39,332 nucleotides of DNA from Diploschistes diacapsis (taxonomy: Eukaryota), in contig JALAIB010000054.1 of the NCBI GenBank assembly GCA_023645945.1, positions 1 to 39,332 of the forward strand, given 5' to 3'. The notes below the pieces were generated by a model. That model was not told the origin of the DNA and made no database searches. It saw nothing but the letters and a program-made list of their open reading frames with translations. Positions 21,741 through 34,500 of this stretch are shown one piece after another (within the stretch, counting starts at the first letter, position 1; each line of letters begins with the position of its first letter). The position numbers and the translations under genes were made by a program.

Positions 21741-23069
21741 ATGACCACTATGCTGTCATCTATTGGTGAGCCCTGGAAATCGATTAATGGACAAGGGCTG
21801 GATTTAGCGGAGTATAATTTCACTTCTAAACGAGATATCTTGCCCTAATCGCATAGGATGATCTCGAAGCCGGCGACCCATCTACATAAGATAATCACTC
21901 TGACATTGCTAAGATGTCTCAACCGCAAAGCCGTCACCTCGACCTGGATGTTCCGCCTGAACGATGGCGTTACACTCAAGAGCGCGGCCTCTGGTGTCCC
22001 GAGTAATGCGGCGGAATACATCTTCATCTAACTAGCCAACGTTCTTAGGCATCAACCCGGATTCATACATCAATACTGGGTGAAAGGACCGCACTTACTC
22101 TCGAAAACTCAAACTAATCTGTCTGCAGGGCCACCAGGTCGAATACCCAAATAACTTTGTCTGGGTAATCGGGTACGTAGCGTCTGGCTCCAGTACAGCA
22201 CGGGCAAGCGGACTGAACCCCCGGGCCACCCATCTCATCTAACAAATTCATAACAGACTGGGAAGCCGAACAAGAAGGCCTCCTCAGCAATAGCGAGAAC
22301 TGTCTCAACCTCGTAGCCTCGGCCCGCAACATATTCGATACCACGGAAGAGAAACCTATCGCCCGTATGGCCTCCCCCTTCCTTCCCCATGTCGTTATCA
22401 CGATTCGTCAAACCCCCCTTCCCCCCTGCCCTTCGCTGGAAAAATAACCTTTCTATGTTCGAGAACTGAGACCCTCCCAGTATACACCCGCTGGCACTCC
22501 GGCTACCCGATCGGCGCCTCCCCAACCGCCGCCTTCGAAGCCCCGGTCACCGAACTCGCCTTCTTCACGCTCCCCAGCGCCAGCTACACGGCCGCGACAA
22601 AAGCCCAGATGGAGCAGGCCATGGCCGCGCCCAGCTTCGACGTCATAGAAACGGCTGGGAAGAGCAGCGGGGGTGCGCAGGGATGGGGTATGTCCCGCTT
22701 CCATTCGCCTCACTATCGCAGCCCTTAATACATACATTGAGGGATTAGCCACTTTCTGATTTCTGATATTGACATCATGAACCACAAACAGTCTTCGGGT
22801 CCCAGAACGCCACGCTCGCCACGGGCCGCTCGCTCGCTGTGCACGGTGTGTTCGGGTACAAGAGCGTGGCGGACCATTGGCACTGGCGATCGACGGCGGA
22901 GCACGCACAGGTTGTCAAGGAGATGAGCGATGGACTGAAGGAGTTCGATATGCAGCCTGCGAGCGTGCCGGGCGGGGGCTTGTTCGTGAAGGAGGCGGCG
23001 GGGATGTTTCATGTCGAGTTGCAGAAGGGGTTGGAGAAGAGACCGTATACATCATGTGATGGGACGTGA
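21741..23069 (+). pseudogene. Dimeric alpha-beta barrel (ABM-like) protein gene with an in-frame stop and a frameshift; 5' end uncertain
   Basis: Spliced pieces ...HQPGFIHQYW|GHQVEYPNNFVWVI|DWE...APVTELAFF...GW|V...GYKSVADHWHWRST...MFHV. Introns 22080-22128, 22173-22256, 22365-22480, 22688-22791. TAA at 22029-22031 and an extra G at 22171-22172. Confidence 0.65.
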
Positions 23070-24349
23070 GGAGCATCTGAGACTTCGTGTACGTGGAAGT
23101 GGCTGTTTGGAAAAGGTAACCGGATGCGTGTCGGTGATATGCGGCCTGACGGGAAGGATGGCGGTGGAGCTGCACTGGCCATGTCGTTTGGAGCAGCTGT
23201 GTCGGAAGACAACCAGAAAACAACACACTGTTATAAAGGGTATCGCCCGATACCTTCCTGTTCTCCTACACCAAGGCCCAACTCTCTCACATACCGGGGC
23301 TGGAGCTCCAGATTTCCTCGTTGGGTGCAAGATAGCCGCCACAACAACTTGGAACAGTTTAGGTTGAGAAGGCTTCTTCAGCCAGGGCAAACTGATAGAC
23401 TAGATCTAGCATCTATATTGTAGAAGGTAGGTGGCGCTGAATGAAAACACCAGGGTCAACGTGTTCTGCTGATTACATATATATAGTTGAATTGCATGCT
23501 CATTTCTCAATAAGTTACTCGGTTGGCCCCATAGTTAAGCCTCGAGTATGGAGTCATCTAAAACCTGGACATACGCTCGTGCTTTCTCAGCATGATCAGT
23601 GATTGCCACCACTCCTAGTCGTGTGCCATTGTCATCTGTTAGAACACAGCCTCGACTAGGTTTCTCAAATTGTGGTGCCTGTTGTCATGTCATGGCGTGT
23701 CGCTGACTGACATCAAAACCATCAGTTACGGAAGGACAATATGCAAAGCCTTACCTTGAACATGAGTCAAAAGCCTTATAGGCTTCCCAGAGATTTTGGG
23801 CAGAGGAATAGGAAGCATGCCAGTTCAGATTCCAGTTGATTACTTTATTCTTTTTTTCGTCTTAACGTTTTTTATATTGATATTGACAGAGACACTTGCT
23901 TTATGTATCGTCATCGAATGCACACCACTTGAGTCGGTACCTGTAAGGAACACGGGTCCAAGATACAGATCAGCAATTTTTTGCATGGCTATAATCGTTA
24001 GGCTTGCTGGCGTGGTACTTGTATCATGGTGATGGTAGTAAAGGAAAGTCGAACTTAGCCTACTCTATTTTGATTGTAGCATTTACTAGGAAATTTGTAG
24101 TATCATTTGAAGGTCAGAAGGGAGCGATGGAAAACCGAGTAATACTTCAATTCTTGCAACGGGAGTACCGTTGCTACGAATTCCAAACTGGGCTGCCGTC
24201 CCGTCCCACGACATATACATTGACAACTCGAGCATCCTGCCAGGCTTGGGGTCTTTGCTTCACCACAAAACTTTTTGCACTATCATTCGCTCGGGCAAAG
24301 GCAATATACCTAGAGAACAACATGTGGTGACTCAATACGACCACAGAAC

Positions 24350-24910
24350 TTGTTCGAGGTAAACCCTAATCATTTAGTCGCTCATCGACTCACCCTTCGT
24401 CACAACTATATAGCGCTTCCTAATAGTCTTCAGCTCCTCAAAGACCGGCACCACGATCCTTTTGGAGGGTTACTTTGTTGTAGGTATGATTTGATCACAA
24501 CACCATATCCAATCCTACCATCCTCAAGCGGATTAACAGCAAAAGGGCCATCAATGGACGGCCTTGTCAGCAAGCAGTCAGCGCTTCAGGTTAAGAGAGG
24601 GCAACTCTCAGAAGGTATTCAGCGTTCCAGGTGGAGGCTGGAGCGACCAGATTTATTCAATATCCCATGTGGAAGATCTGTCAAGTCATCTATGATGCAC
24701 GGCTTTGTCGAACAGTTGGGGAACCAGATCGATTACCTCGAAGTGGCGGCGAAGGGTTTTGAACTGAACGCGTTGCAATCGCAGACTCAGCAACGTGAAT
24801 ATGATGATTCCTATGACTCTGACGACTGGGATGACGCCGATGATTCGATTTCAGGAGCTCTGTCAATTCTTGTGGCTCTGGTGATGTTGATATGGCAGTA
24901 TTTTGAATGA
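24350..24910 (+). CDS. Hypothetical ORF or gene fragment with an acidic tract and a hydrophobic C-terminus
   Basis: 186-codon open frame ending EYDDSYDSDDWDDADDSISGALSILVALVMLIWQYFE; no recognisable family; true start unknown (first ATG at about 24554). Confidence 0.3.
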   Translation: MFEVNPNHLVAHRLTLRHNYIALPNSLQLLKDRHHDPFGGLLCCRYDLITTPYPILPSSSGLTAKGPSMDGLVSKQSALQVKRGQLSEGIQRSRWRLERPDLFNIPCGRSVKSSMMHGFVEQLGNQIDYLEVAAKGFELNALQSQTQQREYDDSYDSDDWDDADDSISGALSILVALVMLIWQYFE

Positions 24911-25945
24911 AAGCGATTGTAAAGGAGTAGATAAGGGCAGGAGTATAGGAAGAGCAAAAGGTGATGCTGACGCCGCAAGATATGTTACATGGAATGTTAA
25001 GTGCACCCTCAATGTATGATCAATCCGAATCGATCAAAGGAAAGCAAAAAAGAATGAATACAAAGACTCTGCAGAGGCATCAAGCTTGTGATTGTTGTAT
25101 CCGTTGAGAAGAAACGTCTAATCTACCCTCCGGTTATCTCCTAGTGGTGTTAGGCTCCAAATATACACATGTTCAATGATTAGCGCTAGCCTAGCAACTA
25201 TGGAAGCTCAGGATCCAGCGTGTCCGTACTTGTGAGTAGAACCCATCAATGAATAGTGTTGAATCCGCTCCGTATCATGTTCCAGAGAGGACGCCGGCAC
25301 TCGTTACCTGCAGATATCGGTAAAGAATAATAACCGCTTCATCTGGTGTAATAGGCACTCCTAGATGCAAACCTAACCCGGTGCTTGAGGCTTTTCCATT
25401 GGGTACCTTGTAACCTAAAGGAGGGGCATTTGGTCTGATAGTACCATTGAGCCAATCCTACATTCTGCCATCTCCTCTCCGCTCTTCAATGGTACTGAGA
25501 ATGCAGGTGGCCTTGCCAACCGCAGCCGACGTTCCTCTCAGCCGAGAATCGCGGCTTATGTATGGGGGCGGTGCAAGGCTCTTGTTGGCGATAATCAACT
25601 GCCAAAAACCGAATCGTCTTCAGTAGGAAAATATGGACAGAAGGCGCGTGTTGCGGTAGAGGCTTGGGCAAGGATAGGCTCAACAGGCGTACCCGGCTAC
25701 TTGACGACAGCGTAGATGGTCCTCAGGTGGCCAAGAGGTAGTTACGGAAACTGCAGATGACTACCATCATGTTCTATACAGTAACAGACAATTTATCTGA
25801 GCATCGGCAAGTAGCCTCTATCTTTTAGAGGTTCAGTCTGTTCTGAGTTCTTGGAACCTCGGAGTAGGGTAAGTATATGTATGATAAAGATTGCCTTAGT
25901 ATTAATGAAATAGATAGATTAATATCATCTGACTCCACTATGTCT

Positions 25946-26028
25946 GGCTGAATGGTCTAGTCGTATGATTCTCGCTTTGGGTTGCTCCTAATTGCGAGAG
26001 GTCCTGGGTTCAATTCCCAGTTCAGCCC
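25946..26028 (+). tRNA. tRNA-Pro(TGG) with an 11-nt intron (25982-25992)
   Basis: Acceptor stem GGCTGAA/TTCAGCC; anticodon arm CTCGC-TT-TGG-G[intron]T-GCGAG; T arm CTGGG-TTCAATT-CCCAG; TTTT Pol III terminator just downstream. Confidence 0.93.
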
Positions 26029-27046
26029 CTCCTTTTGGTATTTTCTAGACGTTTATTTATTGCGGCATTTTATATTATAAATATAATTGTGTTTTAACAA
26101 GTTGAGTTTATCAATGGAGTCGTGTTCGCGTTCCGTGCGCGCTTGCTGCTTGCTACATGTTACATTACATGTACAACCTAACAAAAATATCGCTATCTCT
26201 AGTGGGCCGTGTTGGCGCGCGCATAAAAATCTTGGGTCTTCGCATTGGAATATTTACTTTAGCGCAATGGTTGTACTTTGGTATGTTCGATATTGCAAAC
26301 ATGATTCTAGAGCGATTGGCATGGTGTGCATTCGTTGGGGTAGCGGTATTAGCGACAATGGACGGAACTTGAAGTTGAAGCCTTGAAAGTCACTCAAAGC
26401 AGTTTCAGAGTGACACAAACTCTATTCACACTTGATTAGGCTAGCAACAAAGTTGAAGCCGAAAACTGATTCCAGTAAGCCTCCTCATCAAGGCTGACCG
26501 GGCTTCCAAACTAAGGGCCACTAACCATTGTTGTTAGCTCTTCAGTTGTCCACCACCTTGAAACAAACATCATACCATGGAAGTATGAATCCTGTTGTCT
26601 CAGCCTTTGTACCTCGGTATTCTGCTACCCGTTTGGTTTTGCTGTCAACTCGGGCATTGTACGCGTATCGCTTTCCTATTCAGTGACTGCAGCACTAGTT
26701 CGTTACAATGCTACTCCATCTGGTACGACGTGACCAGTTGTTTTATGGCTGAAACATGGCCGATCCATGTGCCATTAGTCGCCAAATTATTGCCTCACCT
26801 CCTTTCTGCCAGGATCGACTGCCTGCGTTGGTGGACAACTGGGCGCGTAGAGCCTCCGAATAGGGTTAGTTCCCAGGAAATCCGACTTCCAGTGGTATTG
26901 CGGCTGAAAGTAGAAGGGAAGGCAGAGTTTCCATATACGCCTCGTCTTCGAACATATTTCGAATCTATGTTCTTTCACTTCCATGTTCCTTTACCTTTAC
27001 CTTTGTTCCTGTTCCTTTGAAAAGCTGAGTTCGACTCTTTACAAAG

Positions 27047-30000
27047 ATGGATCTTGAAGCCCCTCAAGAAAAGCCCGAAATTACATCAGCACATTCACAG
27101 AGGGACAGACTTAGCCCTCGATCGCCATATCAACCAAATGCAGTGTCTCAATATCCACTAAGTAGTGTCGAGAGGCCTGCATCTTCTACCTCTTTCTTAA
27201 ATACCTCGTCAGCAAGCATACCACGGACTGAGCAGAGGAGGTACGACATAGCATGGAATTGATTGTTTTATTGATTCGAAGACCTGACTTTCGAAAGCTC
27301 GTCGACCTCTTCGTTGCCTTATCGGTTTCATCTTAACAATGACCGCAATCCGCTCGATCCTAGGCCTAACGGCTCGCCTATCCCCTCGTCTCACTCCTTC
27401 TTTCGAACTTCTTCTGGATCGCTGCCTTCAAAGACTCACTATTCTGTCGACTCAATCGCCAAGGCGGTCGCAAGCTTCAATGTGAATGGTGAGATAGGGG
27501 CCACGACGCCGGAGCGGCCGCACTCCGCATTTGAGGTCAATTGCAACTTTCCCAACCCTGAAGTTATTGATGCCTTTCTTTCCTCGTCAATCGGAAAGCT
27601 ACCGAGAGAGCAGGTCGCTTCCACTTGGAATGATTCGCAGCCCTATGACTCCAGCAGAGAGCCAAAACCAAACCACGATTATTTCTCTGAACGTTTCCAG
27701 CAAGTGCTTAAGGACGGAAAGCTGTTAGCTTCGAATGTAAAGAGCGTTTTGAGCCATTACACGGCTCTAGATCGTGCTCAAATCAGCCGACTTCAAGACT
27801 GTGCAGCTGACTACGCTCAGAGCGGTACAGGCGCGACGCGAGCCATCGGCATCCTTGGTGACTCTGGGTCAGGTAGTGTTCTACCCACAAGCTTTCTGCA
27901 CTCTACTGAAACATAAAAAGGCAAAAGTAGATTGATAAACTCGTTACTAGATTGTGAGATAGCAAAAACGGTAAGCGGCTTCTTGATCTTTTGCGAATTC
28001 ACACTAATACCCAGAAGTCCAACTCTGGAGAAGCTGTTACGTCCGTGATTATGGAATTCAGATGGTTAGCAGAGCCTAGTACTGCGCCTTTCAAGGTTGA
28101 AATGCATTTCTGCAATCAGAGCGAAAGCGACGAGTTGATTAAGGAGCTTGTTCGGAGCTACCGCGGCATCCATCTTCTGCAACTTGATGGGGATGAAATT
28201 AGTGCTTCAGAGTGTGAAGAGGTAGAAAGAAGACATGAAGTGGCATGGTCTGCTCTCAGTGCGGCGTTTGGCCATCACAGGCAGTTGAAGAGTCTTTGCG
28301 ATAAAAAGACTGAAAACGCAAATGATGAGGTCGTTGCTCAGCTGTCTACTTGGTTCGCCGATCTTCAATGGCCTAGCGGCTCTCAAAATGGGAGATGGGA
28401 ATCACCCTTCGAATCAGCCAACGATTGTCTAAACATGACATCAAACCTGATGGAGGATAGATTTTGGCCATTCATCAAGATCATTCGGTAGGCGTTCTAT
28501 GTTTGTCTGACTAAATCCCTGTGTACTGACTAATTATACACAAGGGTTTATTTGAAGGCACCAATCTTGGAAACTGGGCTAGTCTTGGTTGACATGCCAG
28601 GTACGCAAGCGAACTCCTCCATATCTTTCCAAGACTAAATGCCACATCTTAGGACTGCGAGATGTGAATTTAGCCAAAGTCAAAGCCACTGAAGAGCATC
28701 TGTTCAAGACTGACCACATCTTCATCGTATCACCTATTGGTCGAGCAGTATCGAGCCGATCAGTGAAAGAGTCTTTGATTACAGTGTTTGGAGCATCAAA
28801 ACAGCATGTGCCGGTCAGTTCTGATGAGCACGAAGCCCGTCACCCTCGGGTGACCATAGTCTGTACTCATTCAGAGATATCGAATGTCAGTCTCATGATG
28901 AATTTTAGTATATTATAACGGCGACTAATACGAACAGGACATGACCGCAGAAGAGTTGAAACGAAAATATGTACTTAATAGAATGGTAGATGCAAGCTCC
29001 GTCGATAAGCTAGAGAAACAGCACGACATGGCAAAACGGAACGAAAATCAACTGGAGCAGCACAGGGTTAAACAAGAGTTAGTATATCTTCTCTCCAAAA
29101 CAATGTGCTCTAGCCCGAAATCCAAGCATCAACTTATGGCCCGTAGGTTGAAGCACATACTTATGAAGGCGCGCAGCGACGATGTTACTACAAAGATAGA
29201 GAGCAAATACGCCGGTCAAACGCATGGACAACTAATAGAGGTCTTCTGCGTTGCCAACTCCGAGTACTTCGATTGTTCTCGCAAAGGTGATATCACTGGA
29301 GTCAACGCGTCTGGGATTCCAGCACTGAGACGTCGCTGCTACATGGTCTCAGCCGATGCTAGTCTTCTTGAAGCCAGGAATTATCTTCTTTCAACCTTGC
29401 CTAGTCTACTGGAGTCAACCAAATTATGGATACAATCACTTAGTGGTCAGTGCAGGAAAAGTTCGGGGGAGCGGGAAAAAGCCAAAGAAAATGTGGAACA
29501 GCTCACAACACTGGTATGCTCGACGATGAGTACTTTGCGTTGGTGCTAAATGATGTAGACTCGGGCATCAATTGGAGGTCTAGAACTGGCCTCGAAAGAA
29601 TCGTTCTCTGAGAACATCTCGAACCTCATAGGTTATTTCCCTCAGCCGATTGTTTTCCTCGCTCTGACGCGCGATAGAATTCGGCACTAAACGAAAGGGA
29701 AATGGAACCACTATAGGGTTGAAACCGTCTGGATGGGAAAGTGCCGCATTGGAGAAGAGCATGGAGTGGGAAAGAGTAAGAGGATTCCGAGTGTCAGAAC
29801 TTTGACATCATGCTAACAAGAATCTTAGTGGCCGCATTGTAGAAACCGCAATTCCTTGTTCTTCCATGCCTTGGCTGATTCTTTACAGCTTCATACAGTG
29901 CATGGTGCCGCCATGACGGTACCCATTGCACCATCGTGCGAGGCCCTGTACGATGGAACATGGAACTCATCTGGAAAATGCGTTGCGAGATCGAGGTGCA

Positions 30001-30851
30001 ATGGGATCTATTCGAGGACGACATCAAGGACGGAATCAGGGATGTAGTGAAGTCAGCCAAAACAGCACTTACAGATCTGGCAAATAAGTTTAAGGGTAAG
30101 TGTGCAACAAGGATAATAGCATTGCCGGTATCTTAACGCCATTTAGCCAATGAAAACTTTGCCCGGGCCATTGAACTGCAGATGAGAAATGCCGAACACA
30201 AATTAGGAAGGGTAGAGTATTCTGCTCTGAAACAGACACAGTACGGCATCGCAATCCCACACCATGTCGTTGCAGTATCACTAATCATTGAACGACAGAT
30301 TACTTCTCCGAAAGATCGTTGAAGACGGCTCTACTTCATTTGTTCTGAAGGCGATGAGGCCGGCTTATCAGGAAGCTTCCCAGATGTCCGGTAATGGCCA
30401 CTACTGTTTACTCAATATCCTTTCTAGCACCTCATTCATGCCATCAACCATGCTTCAAGAGAACAACCACTCATTACTAATCGCCTTCTGCTCCTCTGAG
30501 AATCAAGTATTGTGCTAACAGGACATAGGAAGAGGGTCAGACCAACGCCGTAAAGCCAGAATCAAAAGTCAAATCGAGAACGACCTCTTCGTGCATATAA
30601 CCAATGACATTGTTGTCGCCAGCGATTTGCTGATAGAAGATAACTGCAGGTATGTAGAAGCCGTACTGGTCGAGCTACTACATGCTGTGCGGACCGACTT
30701 CGACGTTGCCTACGGGACATCAGGAAAAGAAGAGCCAAGCTTGCCTGCCACGGAGGACTTGCGAGCCAAGCAAGCTGCCAGCGAGCTGGAACCTATCTGG
30801 GAGCGCTGGCAGCAGCACGCCGCCAATATCAAGGCCGCTCTTACTGGGTGA
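27047..30851 (+). CDS. Dynamin-superfamily / SLIP-GC-like P-loop GTPase, 15 exons; introns 27241-27297, 27873-27920, 27971-28014, 28488-28544, 28601-28652, 28886-28937, 29078-29146, 29514-29558, 29632-29677, 29776-29828, 29839-29888, 30096-30146, 30241-30298, 30391-30528
   Basis: G1 GILGDSGSG|KSRLINSLL, G2 AVTSV, WPFIKIIR|VYL, G3 LVLVDMPG|LRD, G4-like VCTHSE, SGIPALRR, followed by a helical C-terminal region. All splice phases can be reconciled with no stop codon. Confidence 0.8.
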
Positions 30852-31571
30852 CGAGGATGAATAGAAATTGGAGCGTAGCTTGAATGATGATGTGAGCAGT
30901 TGACCATAATCATGTTTGTGTAAAATATATCGAGATTTGGAGGTCAATTAAGAACCGCTTGAAGGGAAGCAAAATATAGTGGCTGGTATCTTACTTTGCA
31001 TACGCTTTAGAATTACATATCATAGCGATCAGAATATTCAAATTAAAGCTTTGTTTTGGGTGCGATACTAGATAGCGGCACTGAGCGAAAAAACTGTCTA
31101 CAATACTTTCAGGAACCTGTAGGTGCATAGCTGTGGCAGCAGCGGCAGATGTGTACCCAACAGGAGTTACGTTTATTTTCCGTAAAGAGAATACTGAATG
31201 AATCTAATAAAAAGCTTCAATTTGTTCGGATTCTTTAAAAGCTAGAGGGTTCATTACTTTCGGCAGGACTTTTATTACATAGACGGGAGTTCTTCCCCGT
31301 AGATAGCCACATGTTAGCAGAACACGATGGGTTTGATAGCGGCTGCGCATAAGATTCTGTGAGCTGCTAGTGGCCCGGGGTCATTTTTTGCTCCGGCCGG
31401 CAACGGCGCCGTTACAAAATCCGCTGCTGTTTAGCAGTTTTTGGATCAAACGTTAAATATTCATGCGATAGATTGATTGCTGCAATAGCAGCACCCAAAA
31501 CCTCATATGGTGTTACGAGCAAGACCGCTCTCCTCATAGGGAACCGTCATGGACAATTGCTCAATATGGAC

Positions 31572-34500
31572 ATGTTCAACGTAAGCGTTCAGCTACTGAG
31601 CTTGCGGCTGCTGACCCGAATTAGCGCTTGAAAGGGGCAATAGACTCACGCATCGCGGAGGAACAAGCGCGCCAGAGATCCTTCCAAGCTCCGCAGGCCC
31701 GAGCCGGTTCAAATACTAGGAGACAGTCTGCAAGAGCTGCATCTCCTGCCCTTAGGCCACCAAGGGCCTCCTCTATAGATGGCAACGCAGATCCTGCGGC
31801 AAGGGGACCCGATCCCAAGGAATTTGACCCCGAGTTTGTTCTAGCGGATGACGATGATGCGTCTACGATGGCTACGACGCCTCTGCCCAGCCAGAGCAAA
31901 GATATAGGAGTGGGACCTGCAGAGAAGGCTAGTGAAAGACCAATAGGCTCCGAAAATGCAGGGCAAATGGAGAAAGATGATGTGGATGCTACAAGTGCAG
32001 CATCAAGTGCAGCTACAGAACTAGCCGCAGACATTAGGACAAAGCTTCGAAAACTTGATCGGCTAGAGCCCAGATACCAAGAGCTTCTACGGTCTTACCG
32101 GATTGCACACGCGCGTGTAGGGGCAATTGAGCTCTTCGAAGCGGCTTTGCGGGAGAATACACCTTTGACTTCGATCAACGACCCTGGAGCGCTCACGGAA
32201 TACTTGAATCAACTCAACCTCAAGAGTGATATGGTCCTTGATGAGCTTAAAAGAGTCTCTACTGAAAAAGAATTATTCAAACAAAGGCTACAGGAGTCAG
32301 AGAAGAAATACGAAGAGGCGTTAGCTAAGATTGAACAGTTTAGTATCAATGGCCAGAGAACTGAAGAAACCGCTAAAAATAACAATGATGCCGAGGAGAT
32401 ACAAGAGTCCGAAACGAAGCATGATGAACCTATATCATCTCGGCCAAGCTCACTGGATGATCAGCAGTCGCTACAAAGTCCAAAGTCTTCTTCCACTCCG
32501 GCCAAATCACAATCCCGAACCCCATCGATTGCAGGATTCTCCATTTTTTCTCCAAAATCGAAACCGGCTGATGTGGCGCCAGTCCAGAAACAAAATGAAG
32601 AGTTCTGTTCCTATGATCACGAGCTTCCGCGCTTAGAATCAGAAATTAAGGATCGCCAGACTCAAATTGAGAGCTTAGAGGGAGAGGTCAAACGTCTCAA
32701 AGGTGATCTCGCTGTTGCTAGAGAGTCGACGCAGAGCATGGTTCAGACCCTAGAAGAGTCAATGCGAGATCTCAATTCATTACGTGAGAAGAACGAACGC
32801 TATGAGATAGAGATTAAGACCGTCAAGATGGAGAAGGAGTCACAACTAAGTAATCTTCACTCCCAACTAGAAATCGCAGACCGCAAAATTCGCGAGATTG
32901 AGGCAAAAGGCGATCGCGCTGAGGTAGAAACGGAACTGAGCAAGCAAAGGGATCTTCTAGCCAACGCCAATGAGGAGCTTGAGAAACTCCAAAAGTTGAA
33001 TGAGAAGAACACGAGCGCTCTGACGGCAATGGCGCAACTAGAAAATCAGATCGCAGCGCTAAGAAAGGAAATAGGTGAGTTGCAGGAAGAGAAAGCTCGA
33101 AGTTCTACTCGTACCAACGATCTCGATGAATCGATTGCAAAGCTCCGTCAAGACTTCTCGGAGACTTTCATTGAGAAAGAGAATATCAAGTCTGAGTTGG
33201 AATCAAAATCTGAAGCGCTACTGAGACTTCAAGCGAGGCTTCAAGAGGCCGAACAGAACCCAGAAACTCAAAAAGTAGACGCAAAAGCTGGTCACAGCGA
33301 CGGCACGCCATTGCCAACCCCTACTCCGACTCCAACTTCTGAGACCGCGTCAAACAAAAAGAACAAAAAGAAGAAAAAGAAGGGCGGAAAGTCCACAATT
33401 GAGCAGGAGTCTAACCCAACAAGCTTATTACCTCCGTCAGCTTCTCTTGGAGGCGCCAGTGAAGCCTCGGTATCGCAGGATAAGGAGTCACAGCTGCAGG
33501 ATGAAGTCAGCAAATTAATTGCTCTAGTTGCTGAGAAGGATGCTGCTATTGAGAGGCTAAGCAGCAAGCTTAAGGACGAGGACAGTTTGAGAGAAGAGAT
33601 CGAATCCCTAAGGGATGATCTCATCAACCTAGGGCAAGATCATGTTGCAGCAAAAGATAGAATGAAAGCGCTCAAAGCGGAGAAGAGCTCGCTAGAAAAG
33701 ACTATCTTAGAATTAGAGAAAGAGCTGAATGATATTCGAACGTCGCATGCGGCGGAGTCATCAGGGTCTGCCCAAGCACATAAGGATTTGTCGGCACAGT
33801 TCAACGAGCTCAAGATCAAAGCTACCAGCCTTGAGACGGATCTTGCTGTTGCACGACAGTTAGCATCTTCCAGGTTCAAAGATCTTACGGCGCTCCGAAG
33901 CGTGCTGCAAAAAGACCAAACTGAATTGCTCTCGCTGCGCAAGGAGAACACAGAGCTCAAAGGCACCCAGACAGAGCTGGACAAGAAAGTGGAAGAGTTG
34001 CAGAAGATTGAGGTTCGGCATAATAACATACGGTCAGAGCTGGCCGATGTTCGGAGAAAAATGAGCGAAAAGGAGTCGGAGACGAAGGTCTTGACGCAGA
34101 AGATAAGCTTGGAGGTGAGTATTAGACAAAAAGCAGAGGATGCTCGTAGCAGGGCTAGTCAAGATCTGTCGCGTATTGAGAACGAAAAGACACAAGTCAA
34201 CGAAAGTCTTGAGAGAGCTTCTGTCAATCTGTCAAGGACCAAAGAAGAGTTAGCTAGTGCTAGGGGCCGGATCCGTGATGCTGAGGATGCATTCTCAGCG
34301 CTTCAAAGGGAGGCAGATCGTATGAAGGAAGAGATCCAGCTGAAAACAGCTCAACACGCTAGTGCTGAGAGTCTGATGAACAGTATGAGAGACCAAACTT
34401 TAGAAATGGCCACCCAGACCAAAGAGTCCCGGGAGCGATGTGACAGCCTCGAAGAAGAAATTGCCGACGCCCATCGCTTGCTTAACGAACGAAGCCGGGA

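Noticed and set aside
26157..26372. Hydrophobic 71-codon ORF downstream of the tRNA
   Set aside because: No family motif or splice support; likely incidental.
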